DNA of 64,000 nucleotides from positions 97,280,001 to 97,344,000 of the forward strand of contig CM059432.1 in the NCBI GenBank assembly GCA_030390025.1, written 5' to 3'. Shown in pieces: positions 12,638 to 26,117 of this stretch (the stretch's first letter is position 1; each line of letters begins with the position of its first letter). The notes beneath the pieces are model-generated. The model had not been told where the DNA came from, searched no databases, and worked only from the letters and a program-made list of their open reading frames with translations. The position numbers and the translations under genes are program-made. This stretch comes from Squalus acanthias (lineage: Eukaryota).

Positions 12638-14400
12638 TGTGAATATCCCCATCCTCAATGATGTAGGAGCCGAGCACGTGAGTGCAAAAGACAAGGCTGA
12701 AGCGTTTGCAACCATCTTCAGCCAGAAGCGATGAGTGGATGATCCATATCGGCCTCCTCCTGAGGTCCCCATCATCACAGAAGCCAGTCTGCAGCCAATT
12801 CGACTCACTCCACGTGATATCAAGAAATGGCTTAGCGCACTGGATACAGCAAAGGCTCTGGGCCCCGACAACATACCGGCTATCGTGCTGAAGATTTGTG
12901 CTCCAGAACTAGCCGCGCCTCTAGACAAGCTGTTCCAGTACAGCTACAACACTGGCATCTATCCGACAATGTGGAAAACTGCCCAGATGTGTCCTGTCCA
13001 CAAAAAGCAGGACAAATCCAATCCGGCCAATTACCGCCTCATCAGTCCACTCTCACTCATCAGCAAAGTGATGGAACGTGTCATCAACAGTGCTATCAAG
13101 TGGCACTTATTCACCAATATTCTGCTCACTGATGCCCAGTTTGGGTTCTGCCAAGACCACTTGGCTCCCGACCTCATTACAGCCTTGGTCCAAACATGGA
13201 CAAAGGAGCTGAATTCCAGAGGTGAGGTGAGCGTGACTGCCCTTGACATCAAGGCAGCATTTGATCCAGTGTGGCATCAAGGAGCCCTAGTAAAACTGAA
13301 GTCAATAGGAATCAGAGGGAAAACTCTCCACTGGCTGGAGTCATACCTAGCACAAAGGAAGATGGTTGTGGTGGTTGAAGGTCAATCATCACAGCCCCAG
13401 GACATCGCTGCAGGAGTTCCTCAGGGCAGTGTCCTAGGCCCAACCATCTTCAGCTGCTTCATCAATGACCTTCCCTCCAACATAAGGCCAGAAATGGGGA
13501 TGTTCGCTGATGACTGCTCAGTGTTCAGTGCCATTCACAACTCCTCAGATAATGAAGCAGTCCATGCCCGCATGCAACAAGACCTGGATGACGTTCAGGC
13601 TTGGGCTGATAAGTGGCAGGTAACATTCGTACCACAGAAGTGCCAGGCAATGACTATATCCAACAAGCGAGAGTCTGACCACCGCCCCTTGACATTCAAC
13701 GGCATTACCATTGCCGAATCCCACACCATCAACATCCTGGGGGTCACCATTGACCAGAAACTTAACTGGACCAGCCACATAAATACTGTGGCAACAAGAG
13801 CAGGTCAGGGGCTAGGTATTCTGCAGCGAGTGTCTCACCCCCTGACTTCCCAAAGCCTTTCCACCATCTACAAGGCACAAGTAAGGACTGTGATGGAATA
13901 CTCTCCACTTGCCTGGATGAGTGCAGCTCCAACAACACTCAAGAAGCTCGACACCATCCAGGATAAAGCAGCCCGCTTGATTGGCACCCCATCCATTACC
14001 TTAAACATTCACTCCCTCCACCACCGGTGTACCGTGGCTGCAGTGTGTACCATCTACAAGATGCACTGCAGCAACTCGCCAAGGCTTCTTCGGCAGCACC
14101 TCCTAAACCCGTAACCTCTTCCACCTAGAAGGACAAGGGCAGCAGGCGCATGAGAACACCACCACCTCCAAGTTCCCCTCCAAGTCACACACCATCCTGA
14201 CTTAGAAGTATATCGTCGATCCTTCATCGTCGCTTGGTCAAAATCCTGGAACTCCCTCCCTAACAGCACTGTGGGAGTACCTTCACCACATGGACTGCAG
14301 CGGTTCAAGTCGGCAGCTCACCACCACCTTCTCAAGGGCAATTAGGGATAGACAATAAATGTTGGCCTTGCCAGCGACACCCACATCCAATTAAAAAAAA
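12638..14400 (+). mobile_element. 5'-truncated CR1-group LINE with poly(A) end
   Basis: RT ORF, 3' UTR with CAATAAATG and an A-run. Same family as 40060-42905. Confidence 0.85.
12735..14114 (+). CDS. Non-LTR retrotransposon reverse transcriptase (partial ORF2)
   Basis: KALGPDNIP, NYRLIS, LDIKAAFD, GVPQGSVLGP, MFADD. Confidence 0.9.
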   Translation: MDDPYRPPPEVPIITEASLQPIRLTPRDIKKWLSALDTAKALGPDNIPAIVLKICAPELAAPLDKLFQYSYNTGIYPTMWKTAQMCPVHKKQDKSNPANYRLISPLSLISKVMERVINSAIKWHLFTNILLTDAQFGFCQDHLAPDLITALVQTWTKELNSRGEVSVTALDIKAAFDPVWHQGALVKLKSIGIRGKTLHWLESYLAQRKMVVVVEGQSSQPQDIAAGVPQGSVLGPTIFSCFINDLPSNIRPEMGMFADDCSVFSAIHNSSDNEAVHARMQQDLDDVQAWADKWQVTFVPQKCQAMTISNKRESDHRPLTFNGITIAESHTINILGVTIDQKLNWTSHINTVATRAGQGLGILQRVSHPLTSQSLSTIYKAQVRTVMEYSPLAWMSAAPTTLKKLDTIQDKAARLIGTPSITLNIHSLHHRCTVAAVCTIYKMHCSNSPRLLRQHLLNP

Positions 14401-16422
14401 ATCTCTGTAACCTTTTCCAGTCATACAGTCCTTCAAAATCCCTACGGTTCTCCAATTCTGGCCCCGGTTGTCATCACTCCACCATTGGCAGCCATGCCTT
14501 CAGCTGCCTAGGCACTAAGCTCTGGAATTTCCTCTCTAAACCTCTCTGCCTCTCTACCTCTCTCTCCTCCTTTAAGATGCACCTTAAAACCTACCTCTTT
14601 GACCAAGCTTTTGATTACCTGACCTAAATCTCCATATGTGATTCAGTGTCAAATTTTGTTTGATAGCTCTCCTGTGACGCGTCTTGGGACGTTTTTTACA
14701 TTACAAGCTGTTGTTGTTGTAGAACCAATGGACAGATCATGTGTGATGTGCACTGCTTCAGAATTGCAATAGTGTAGGTCCCTATATTGCATGTTTGAAC
14801 AACTTCATTTGCAGGACCGCCTGAAAATTCCATCAGGCAGACCTTGGGCATCAAAGGGTTGGCCGAGGTGACCCCTGATTTTAAATTGCCCGCCACCCAT
14901 TTCTCAGGCATAAATGGGTGGCTGGCAGTTGAAATTTTTCCTCTATATATGAATGTTATTTATAAAAGAACAATTGACTGAATAGATTGTAACCTTTCAG
15001 TGTTTTTCCAATCAAGGAGATATTTAATAAAATGTCTGCTACATATTATTTTATTAAATATTCATTTTGCAGTCTTTTTGTTTAATAAGCTCACTTATTA
15101 GTTTAAAGCTAGAGCACGGTCTGACGTGATGCTCAATCGCTTATTGAGGACCAGAGAGAGATCCTGTGGAAGTTTCAATGCCTAAAAAATAATTAATATA
15201 CAGAGTTTTCTGTTCATTATGCTGAGCACGGTACCAAATGTTTGCCTAGATAGTAAGGCAAACTAGCTGCTCAATTGCTTATTCAAAGGCACGGGAAGTT
15301 GAAACTCACCAATGGAAGTGATCTAAGTTACAAGGTCCAAAATAATCTAAGGTAAAAAGGGTAGAAAAGACCTAAAATCAATAACTGTTATGTTGTGGGA
15401 TGATAACGATACCTGAGGTCTTTATTTTCAGATCTGGCCTAAATCTGACATCTGTTTTTTTTTGTTTTTCTTCTTTATTTGTTTATTTTTTGGGGTCCCG
15501 CATGACTTGACATTTTTTTGACACATGCCAGGACAGTTTGCTGCCGTTCCTCAACCAGCTTGTTACTGGGTGGTCACCTCCCTATCTCCTGCTCACTGTG
15601 GGACAGTGGCAGGCCTCTGCTTGCAGGGGTTAATGCTCAATGTAGGTGTGACTTATACACAGGACTATATGCTGTACAAGAAAACAAATTCACTATGATA
15701 TATTTTCGAATTATAAGAAAAGAAAACAATGCACAGCAGTATAGATTGCACATTGAAAGGTTCACCAACCACAGTGTTGTGCACTAGATTAATTGTGAAT
15801 CACAACCAAGGAATGGTTGATTAACTCTCCTGTGCCAAGCATCAAGGCAGACTCACAGATTGTGTTTACTTCGACATTTGGAGGAGGGAGTTGTTTTACA
15901 GTCACTGAAACAGCTGGCTACAACAAATAAAATTAAAGCTGCTTCTGCAAACCGCAAAAAAAAATGTATTATTTGCGATTGCTTGAAAGATAATGAAAAT
16001 GGTGGTGTTTGAAACACTGGAGATTGTAGTCTGTCAGAAAGATGGATGAAGGCATGGAGTTTCACAGTTTTGTTATTCCTATGTGAGTGGATTATGAATG
16101 TGCTGTATGGTATGAAACCCTGTCAGTGAGACAGCGTTGTGTAGCATCCTCAGACAGCTACATATTGATGTGGGGATAGCAGACATGGGAGGTAGTGGCT
16201 TGTGATGTTTTGGGAAACATTTGCTATAAAATACATTAGTAAAATGTAAAGGAGGCAACATCTAATGAATAGCGAGTGTTATAGTAATGATGTTTACCAC
16301 ATTTGATGTTTCTGAAAAGAGGTTGCTGAATGCAGCCAGCATAACAATGTTGAAGGAACATATCTCATTCCAGATAGGGACTGAAAATATTCCATATCAA
16401 GGTGGATGCAAGTTTTGATAAA

Positions 16423-17183
16423 GGACTAAATCTTCCTGGAAAAATAACAGCGAGTTCACAATGCACGCTATTATTAATGCACAAATTGGCCAGCAAGTTT
16501 AGGGGATGAAGAGATACACCGTCAGTTGCAAATCTCTAGAACTTGCTGGTCAATTTCTGTCGCTCCGCCATTTGCCTCACACAAATAATATCTTGCCATT
16601 AGTCTCCCCGTTAATTTTAAGAACTTGCTGGATTTGTACATTAATTACCCATTAAACTTGCCATAGAAAGTTAGGGCTCAGCGTAAGCACCCTGTTAACG
16701 ATGTAATAATTGTTAATGCAATGCCAATCAATCTTTCCAGCCTAGTAAGGGAACAATTTAAACTGTTGAGCCTCATTCCTACATTTAGTAAATTCTTTGT
16801 AGAGATTTTTAAAAATTCTAATTTTTACATTTTTACATTGTTTTCTTACTTTTCCTGTCTCTTTTCTTTCTCTCTCTTAATCCAATCTTTCTTTCCCTCT
16901 CTTTATTTCTCTTTCTGTACCTGATTTGACTCTAGTTCACCCTCGTTCTCCATTGTTCCTCTGTTTCTTTCTCAATTCTTAACTCTCACTGGTTAAGGAG
17001 TTAGACTGTTGGTCCCGTTGTTCACTAAGTTCCCAGATGCTTCGTTGCTGTCACCGAGCCATTATCAGCTCGCACTTCCAGCTAGTTACCCCGCAAATTA
17101 TCTTCGAGCTGAAAGGGGGCAGGAAAAAGTCTAACAATGGTGCACGCCGCGAGATATCAGCAAATTCCAGCTAATTTTGGCCC
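16423..17183. mobile_element. Degenerate MITE-like element
   Basis: Ends resemble the GGGC..AAATT TIR family (right end AATTTTGGCCC). Boundaries approximate. Confidence 0.35.
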
Positions 17184-18849
17184 AATATATTCATAGCTGA
17201 CTAGAGGGTTTGAGTAAGCATTCTATAATGCCATGACTTTCAAAAGCTTTCCTTGCTTTGATAGTGATAGTACAGACTGCCTAAAAACTGATGCTTCATT
17301 TACAGCATAAACTTGGGCTTCGATGCACGTTTTGCATGAATATCTCAATGATGTATCCTGGGTAAGTTATAGATCCACTATAAAAGATGAAGCTAAATTT
17401 GAGAGGAGCTTTATCCATGTTGGTAATGAAGGAGCTGCTATTCACTTGTGTAGTTACTAAGATAGATATATCAGCTGTCTCACTGGTCTACTTCCTTTGT
17501 GCAAGTGCCGTATCGTAGTAATTTTCTGACTTTATGGTCCCAGTGAATAGCCTTGCCCGTTGAGATTGGAATATTTTTGCATGACCTTCCGACTATTATT
17601 TTAATTGGTTAAAAAATCAAGCCAACGCATAATGGGATTTTCAATATGGGCTCTCAGCATGTAAGGCTCCCTGGTGGGTGTGAGAAGGTGGAAAATTACC
17701 CCTCACATCTCCTGTACAAATGAGGTTCAGCTACTGTGAGCAATGTATGTGATATGCAGACTGGTGTTACTTTATAAAGAGTGTCCATTTACATCTATGT
17801 TCCAGCACCAGTTGTTGCTCAAAGAGCCAAATATTCTGATCCGGACCGAGGCAGAATTCCAGAGGATCTATGGTTGGGTAATTGGAAAATGGGGAGGAAT
17901 TCACTTCCACTAGGATTACATCCCATTCATGGTGTGACGAGAAATTCTGCTGGGAGTGTGGCTGTATCTTTCATCTGGCCCCCCACCACATCAAGGGAGC
18001 ATGTCTGTGGAGTTCCCAGGGTACCCTGGGAATTATACTCAATCCCCCCTTAATAGCATTCCATGGAGGATCCAGGAAAAGGTCTAGTAGTGTCCCAGAC
18101 TAAGGAAATTGATCTCTGAGAGGATCAAGTACCTTTGCAGCTAAAGATGTTTGAAAGTTGTCTTTATCTTTGGCCCTGGAAGGGCCTCAGGGACGTCATG
18201 CAAAGCTGCAGTGGGCGGATTGGGATGAGCGATGCCAAAATCACCTTTCAAGCACTGGTGTCAACACCTGACCATGCGAATGACCCTGTCTCTGCACTCT
18301 GGGGCGGGTCTATGTATTCGGGCATGGACAGCTGGGAGCAAGACTCCTCAAATATTGGGCTCCAAGTATTTAAAAGGCCAGAAGTATATCTCATTCTTTA
18401 CACTCAGATCACCTGATAGACATGAGATGCAACCTTTTTTTTAAGACTGCGTTGCTGTTTGGTGAGGAGTGTATATATTGTGATGCACAAGGCATTGCAG
18501 TTGTGTGGGATAGACCAGAAAGTCTTTTCCTGTCCGTCATTGTTCGGATGTACTTGCTTAAATGTAAACTGCTGAAGTGAGATTGCTTGTGAAGTCTTTT
18601 GGCGACATCTTGGGATTGACTGCAAGTATTGTAAAAAAGAAAATATTGTTGTACTCAGGATGCCTTCACCAACATTCCACATTACCCTTGGAGAGTTTTT
18701 GAAGTACTCAATCGTTTCTTGCTTGTTTGTATGTACTCCCAAACCATTGTACAGTCAAGTTGCAAATGTTCCAGACAAAATTACAGCTACCTTTGGCCCT
18801 CCTACATTTCCTTTCCAGCAGCTTTGTTTGTATGACTCCCCAGACCTTC

Positions 18850-19420
18850 GCCTCATGTGGTGTCAGAGGCCGATTGTAGTGGGGACCACCACCTGTGGCC
18901 TGAGGGTCCCAGCAGTTATGTGGCAGCTTCTCCTGTGAGAGATTATTAGAGAGGCAAAACTCAAGAAAGGATAGGTGTAGTGAATGATGGGAAAATGGCT
19001 CATGCTTGGCACACTGTGAGGGAAGGTACATGTGTAGGGAGCAGGTGACAGATGGAAGGAAAAGGGATCAGATGCTCAGATTACTGACCTAGAACACAGT
19101 GAGGGTAATGAAAGAAGGAGTGCGACACATATGAAAAGACTGAAAGGATGGGTTAGGGGAGCAGGCAGCTTACTTTGGCTGCTCTGATGAGGTAATTGAG
19201 CTTCTTCTGACACTATAAAGGAGTCCTGAGGATCAAGGAGGTGAATAGGGAGGATGGCTCATTCTTGGCTCACTGCCACAGCCACTTCTTTCACAGAGTG
19301 AATACTTCATTATTGGTGGGTTTCCTCCCGCCGACTCCAAACTGCTCATCCCTCCTGCTCCATGTTTCCATAACAAGAACATCTAGGTCAAGCTCCCTGA
19401 AGTATGCTGCTCTTATCTTT
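18850..19420 (-). pseudogene. Highly degraded Harbinger Myb/SANT gene relic
   Basis: Minus strand reads FRELDLDVLV...QKKLNYLIRAAK|gtaag, then an intron ending ctctcacag|EKLPHN. Same exon junction as the other copies. Confidence 0.6.
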
Positions 19421-22400
19421 GATATGGCTGCCATCATTCTCTGCCAGGTTGTCTGCTTCCTCCATTTCCTCTTTAAGCAGCAAGTTCCGTACCCTCAGGG
19501 TGTCATGGCGGATTAAAGTCCAGTCCCATCTCACCTCCAACGCTGTAAAGCCACTGTCAGAATTTCAGGTCTACAATCTATATAAGTAATCATCGCCTGG
19601 AAAATCCATGGGGGTTCTCCAGCGGGTAACTGACGAACCACCTCCGCCCGCGCCCCCCACCCCCAAGAAATTGTGTAAACAGCTAAAAACAGCAGTTTAC
19701 AGCGTGTCCTTGGAGTTTCTGCTGATCATCCGCTGAAGTTATGGCAGGAAATAGGGACAACTGCATAGAATTTCAGGGTCCATATTTTTAAACATTTTGA
19801 AAATTAGAACCACATTGTTTTGACTTGAACCACAGAGAACTGATGTGGGAACAGTGACCAAGCGTATAGCATGACATTAGCTCTGATAGGACATAGATAA
19901 TTCAAAAGGCACTTCACCGAATTAGAGGATTTTATCAACAGAATTTGGTCCACGAAAAGCTATTACAGAAAAAGTAGCTGGAAGATTTATATTCAAGGTA
20001 ACTTTTTGCTTCAAAATGAATTGTTTCTGACTCTGTCATTTTCTTCAAGAAAATACTTACCTCGGGGTGACAGAAAACTAATATTTATCATTTTCTTTGC
20101 TCTGTAGATTGGTTCAAAGTCAGCTTACCTTGAGGTCATGGCAAATTAATATTTGTTATAACCCTCAAGTCTGGACTTTTTCTTTAAAGACTATGGCCCC
20201 GAAATGTAATGAGGCCATTCATGCTGGTGTTACACCCTTGAGCCAGGTTTTCTGCCTACCTGTGCCGTTCAGTGCTGACTCTGCCATAAATTATTGTGTC
20301 AGCTCACTTAAATACCCATTGGCAGTTTAGTAGCACAACTCCTGTGTAACAGGGGAGTCATGCACTGAGGAGGCTTGGAAATTCAGAGTGCAGCCTTTAA
20401 TAAGCCTAGAATGGCTGAAAATCACAGCAGCAGGTGGGGGAAGTAGCAAATAAGTAGGATTGTCTTTGACACAGTGAGTTGACCCTTGTAGTATTTTAAA
20501 GACTTCTAAAGTAGTCAAACCTTTCATTTAATACCTGCCAATTATTTTTTTTACTATTTAACCTTGGTGATGAGCCACTGGTCTGTGTGTCTGTTTATTA
20601 GTACAGAGATTTTATTGGCAATCTGCTTTTCTCATGTCACATTTAAAAATCAAATTTAGACTTATGATGACCTGAGAGTAAATTGTCAAGACAAGAATTA
20701 TTACAGTAAAAGATACAGTTAACCAAGAAACAAAAACATTTCATACATGAGCAATTTTCATTTCTCTGGTCTAGAGCAGAGTGACAGTGATGATGACAAG
20801 ATAGAGTATATTCAGTTGGCATTGAAAATGGCACCTCTATTAGTGCTCATCGTGGACTATTATCAAAGTTGCGGAAGAATAGTTGAAACAAATCCATTTC
20901 TCTATGGTCCTCATTTTCAGCAAGTTGTACCGTTCTGAAGCAACGTGAAAATACACATTAAGGAATTGTGCAACAGTTATGTGCTTTTTGCTAATTTTTG
21001 TTAACACAGTGCTTGGGAGCAAGCCAGAGTAGCAGTAAAAACAGAAAAAAATACTGTATGTTACAGATTTCCACGAGTCTTACTGCCCTGTTTACAAAGA
21101 TCTACTGTTTTGTTATAATTAACACACAGAGGAAAATACAGCCTAAATATCTCAATTTATCATAGCCCATACTTGGCTTTCCTAGTCAGTTAAGGCATCA
21201 TTTTTTTATTTGGTGAACTAGATGAGGGACAGGGCTTCTGCTGCCATAATGATAAATGCACATCAATTTATGTGCGTATCTATGGTTGTGTGTGTGTCTG
21301 TAGAGGGAATCCATCTGTATTTCATGGTGGCCCAGAGGAGCTCATACACTAGCTTGCATTATATGGATTAACCTCTAGCTTTATTTTAGGGCTGGCAGAA
21401 AAATAAAAGAATAACAACTGAATGTTTGTCCTTAACAAAACCTTTCCTCTGAATTGCCACCTACTTAGGGGTGGATTTGTTTCTATAAAAAGTTCAGGTA
21501 TTTAACCAGTAGCCGAGCTGCTATCGCACATTTTAGACTATCGTCCAAAGTCAAAATTACTCCCAAAGTGAGACCAGAACTCCCATTCAGAACAGAAGTT
21601 ACTTATAAGAAGAAAATTCTATTTGAAGGGTATATGAACATACCATACGAACATTTCCGTTATGCAAATATAGCTACTTCAGACTGTGACACTGCATCAA
21701 CAGGTTGATGCCTAAAACCAAGACATGCAGAAACTAACGTCGGGATTCTCCTCCATGATCCTGCCCAAAAGTGGATGAATATTGAAGGACAATGCAGGCA
21801 GTGAGACCTATCACCGGCAATGGTCTTCGGGACTGCTGTGGAGCCGGGAGAAGCTGCTCGCCGCTCCACATTCAGTTAAATATATTTTTTTAAACTTACC
21901 TTTTTGCTGGCAGCCTCCAGAGGCCCCTTTAAGGACCACTAATTAGGCTGCATATAGACTTGGTTATCCTGAACGCAGCAGGACCAATGCTGGCTGAGTT
22001 CAGGGCAGTCCAGATTCAGGAAATGGGTCTCATACAGGTGTTAGGTCCCCTATTGCATATGCAATGTGCCTAATGCCTTTTTCAAGTGTGGACCCTCGAC
22101 ACTTATACTGGAGCATTAACAAATATGGTGGGTGCTGTACTTCTAGGGCTGAATTTTGCCGGCGCTCAGAAGGCGGGTTCGGAGGCGGGTCCGCTGTCAA
22201 AATCCAAATGATTGACAGCGGGGCGGTATCCCGCTCTAAACCCGCCTCCTTGTGAGTTTCCCTAGTGCCGGTTCTGCCTGCGCTTTGCAGGCATGTCACT
22301 AAGCAGTGGGTCATTCAATTGTACTAGTTGAGAGGCTGTTTAAACCAATTTCCTCACCATTTTAGGAGGCACAAAGTATTTTTCCAAGTTTTCCACGAGG

Positions 22401-22646
22401 ATCCCATCGCTCGGGAATCACGCCAGGTCAGTATGTCGGGTTCTGAACAACTCTCCATTTCTTTCAATAGGTGACAATCTCAGAAGCTTCAGGCTTGAGT
22501 ATTTGGAACAGATTTTTAAGCTTTATGCATTTGGGAAGTGGTTGCAGTAAACTTTCTATTCACTGTCACCTCCTTGCAACGTCATATCTAACCCTTGATA
22601 GATTGGTTCTGTCATCTGAACTTCACCTGCCATATGAATCACCAGA

Positions 22647-23857
22647 ATGGGCACGATTTATGCGCCGTCACCTTGGCCTCTGAATCTGATGACGATCAGC
22701 TGCAACAGCAGAACCAGCCACACCAGCAGCAGCAGCAACAACAAGAACGGCAACTTTCTCCTCAACCACCTGATGCCGCAGAGGGCATAGGGCATCAGCG
22801 CAGGGCTGCACCACGCCAGAGGCGATACCCCCAACACAGGGTATACAGGCAGAGGATGAGCTTCCTCAACATGACTGAGCAGCAGTGCCAAAGGAGGCTC
22901 AGGCTATCGCGCCTGGTCGTCGCCGACATTTGTACTTTACTGGAGTAAGACCTGCAGCCCAGAGGAAAGGGTGGACACTCACCCTTGCCCTTAACTTCTT
23001 CACCTCAGGCTCCTTCTAGGCATCTGCAGTTGGCCGCACACAGATGCATCGCACAGGTAATCGATGCCCTGTTTAATAAGCCCGCAAATTATATTCATTT
23101 TGCCACTGATGAAGCCACTGTCAACGAACGTGCGCTTGGCTTTGCCGCTCCAGCTGGCTTCTCATGGGTGCAGGGAGTCATCGACTGCACACATGTGGCC
23201 ATCAGGGCACCCCATCACAACCCAGTAGTGTTTGTTAACCACAAGGGCTTCCACTCCCTCAACGATCAGCTGGTCTGCAACTATAGGAAGATTATCATCA
23301 ATGTGTGCGCCAAGTTCCCTGGCAGCTGCCATGACTCGTACATCCTGCGCCAGTCCACCGTCCCTCAGCTCTTCACACCGCCAAACAGGCTTGGCAACTG
23401 GCTGCTTGGAGACACGGACTGTCCCCTGAAGACATGGCTCATGACACCTTTGAGGAGGCCAACAAATGAGCCTGAGGGACGTTATAATCAAAGCCACATC
23501 TCCAAGAGAAGTGTCATCGAGCAGACAAAAGGCTTGCTCAAAATGCGCTTCAGATGTCTCATCAGATCTGGAGGAGCCCTTCAGTACGCACCAGCCAGGG
23601 TCTCCCGAATAGTCGTCGTCTGCTGCGCTCTGCACAACATAGCGCAGCAGCGAGGATTAGTACTGGATGAGGAAGACACCACTGAGCACAGAGCCTCATC
23701 GGAGGACGAGGAGGATGAGGACGAGGAGGCTCACCATGAGGTTGGTGACAAGGATGAGGAACACCTGGACGAGCCGACGGTCCCATTGCGACCAGTATGC
23801 GAGCACGTTGCTGCCCGTCACGCCAGGGATACCTTTATCAATGGCAGATTTCAATAA
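22647..23857 (+). pseudogene. HARBI1-like transposase pseudogene
   Basis: [12 protein letters not shown] and IEQTKG are present. In-frame stop at 22946-22948 and small deletions relative to copy 1. Confidence 0.85.
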
Positions 23858-25224
23858 CTTCATGCAGCTTATACATGTGGCTGCCACCCGCGTACGCAGG
23901 TTTGCATCACCCAACACCAACACCAACAGCAGTCAAACAATGATTTGTCCCTTGTTTTGACTCTCACCACCATTGCTGGGGGTGAAATGAGCCCTGACCC
24001 TTCACTCTGCCACTTCCATTTCATCACACAAATTTGCCAACGACCTCTAAGTGTGACAATTAGATGCTTTATTAACAGAACTTCATAGAATACTAACATG
24101 ACATTGATAAAGAAAGACACACCTGATTGACTACCCTTGTGACTATTTGTGTGGGATATTTCTTTTCCAGGTGTTGCTACATCGTGCTACCCATGCAGCT
24201 TCAGCAGAGGTAGAGGTCGCTTCCTCATCTCTGTGCTGCGCCTGCTTAGACACCTTTGGTGGTTGTCCTCTGGGTTTGGGAGCCATTGATGTCTCCGCCA
24301 ATGTCTGCTCCTCCTGCAACTGTGCATGCACAGACTCGGCATCTGGGGCTCTGACTGAGGGGTTGGCAAGGGGGTGGAAGTAAGAGTGCTTGGAGCGGAG
24401 CCCCCACTTCCATGTTCCCTCCCACCATCATCCCTCTCATGGGCCACCCGCATTTCCCTGCTAGCAAGTAGCTGGAGAGCACCTTGCTGTACTTCAGTGG
24501 GGCCATGAGGGCCCACCTCTATACTGACATCCATTCCTACAAAGGATGTCTATGAGCCTCTGGTTTCTCTCCTCCATAGATACCCATCTCTCCTCAATTT
24601 TTGCCCATCTCTCCTCCATATATAAGCATCTATTTTGAACAGAAACCATGTTCTCATGCGACTGGCGCGGTGTCTCCTCCATGCAGGTGGCCATCCTATC
24701 CATGGAGGAAGCTATAGTTGTCAGTGAGTGCGCCACGGTGTTGCTCATGCTGGAGATGGACTCCTCCATTCTCTGCACACTCACAATCATTACGGTCGCA
24801 AAACCAGTCAGAGCCTCCTGCACTTGTTCCTGCAGCTCCAGGATCGCCCTCTTCCTGGATGGCCCCCAAAGCTCAGCGTCTGCATGCAGCTGAGCAGAGC
24901 TAGGAGACTCCTGCGCCCTCCAATGAGGAGTCTCCACTGCTGTCAATGTCTCCATCATCTGCTGCTGCTCAGTTGTGATCTGTAAGAAACCAGATGACAA
25001 CACCACTCCATCTCGTGACATACCCACCGAGGTGTGCGACTCTGCGCTGGTGCTGGGTTGCGTTGTCTGAGGTGACGCTGCGCCCTCAGAGGCAAGAGCT
25101 CGTCTGAGGAGTCTTCTTGCTGTTGCTGCTAGACATTGGGGGGGGCAGGGGGGGGGCTCTTGATGGACCTGTGGGAGAGTGAAGACATCTGTTAGATATA
25201 CAGGATGTCTACTGCAGACACATA

Positions 25225-26117
25225 GGGGTAAAAATTCAGTTGGTTGCGCCTCCCGTTAGCACCTTAAGAGGGCGCTAATGAGGCGCAAAGCCGCTAACGC
25301 CCGGGCGCAGCGATGTTTGCGCCGCTCGGGAACTTAACTTGACATTGTGCTGCGGCGCTAAACTTTACCGCTGCGACCACCTGCGCGCGCAGATTGTGAC
25401 GTCATTCCATGGTGCAACGCCCTTGTGGCGCCCCGGAGCGGAAATTGAGTGGCGCCCCCTGCCTTACCGCCTGACGCTAGCAACGACAGGTTGAGGGGAG
25501 CGTTCTGCAGTCATGAAGGGAAAGGGGGAGCGCTATTTAAAGGTGACCGCTTCCTGCCTTTTATTGTTGGTGGCATTTTTGAACTACGCATTCTGAGAGA
25601 GAGAGGGAGAGACTTCTGGAGAGATTCAACGTTGTGTGAAGGAGTTTTGGGTACTGAGCAGCACTTTGCAGGTTCATTTTGATTTGCCATTCCTTGTATC
25701 GATTTAGCAGAGACTGTGGGAGCTGCACTCTGAGCTCTTTGCCTGGTACTCTCCATTGTTCTTTCCAGCACATTTGATGTGCAAGTCTCTCCAGGCCGAG
25801 ATTCAAGGCTGCAATGAACAGGATGTGGATGGAAAGCAAGATTAACCATCCCCTTTAAGAACTGGCCCGTGCCATTGTGTGTGTGTTCCATTGCTGACTG
25901 ACATTACATGAGCTTCGCCAGCGCTCTGAGTTAGCGCCTCACTCCTTGGCCTTTGCGCCTTAAGACAGGTGTGCAGCGCCTGATTTAGCACTCCACTCAC
26001 CTCCCGGGGCGGTAAAAGTGAAGTTTCCAGTCAGTGGCGATAATTAGCGCCAGGCGCTAATATTTGCGTCCAGACGATATTTGCGCCCCAAATGGGGCGC
26101 GACCTAATTTTTCCCCC
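25225..26117. mobile_element. Harbinger-type MITE, 893 bp, inside an intron of Harbinger copy 2
   Basis: TIRs GGGGTAAAAATT / AATTTTTCCCCC with exact 3-bp TSD ATA (25222-25224, 26118-26120). The empty site is visible in copy 1 at ~3961-3990. Confidence 0.9.

Larger units (their letters stand above)
11543..14700 (+). mobile_element. L2 LINE fragment (11543-12637 and 14401-14700), split by a CR1-group LINE
   Basis: RT motifs NYHPISNLPFLSK, FQSGLRP, LLDLSAVFD. The catalytic region is deleted near 12063. The L2 3' part resumes after the poly(A) at ~14400. Confidence 0.8.

Noticed and set aside
18404..18742. 112-aa ORF in non-repetitive-looking sequence
   Set aside because: No recognisable domain or convincing splice context.
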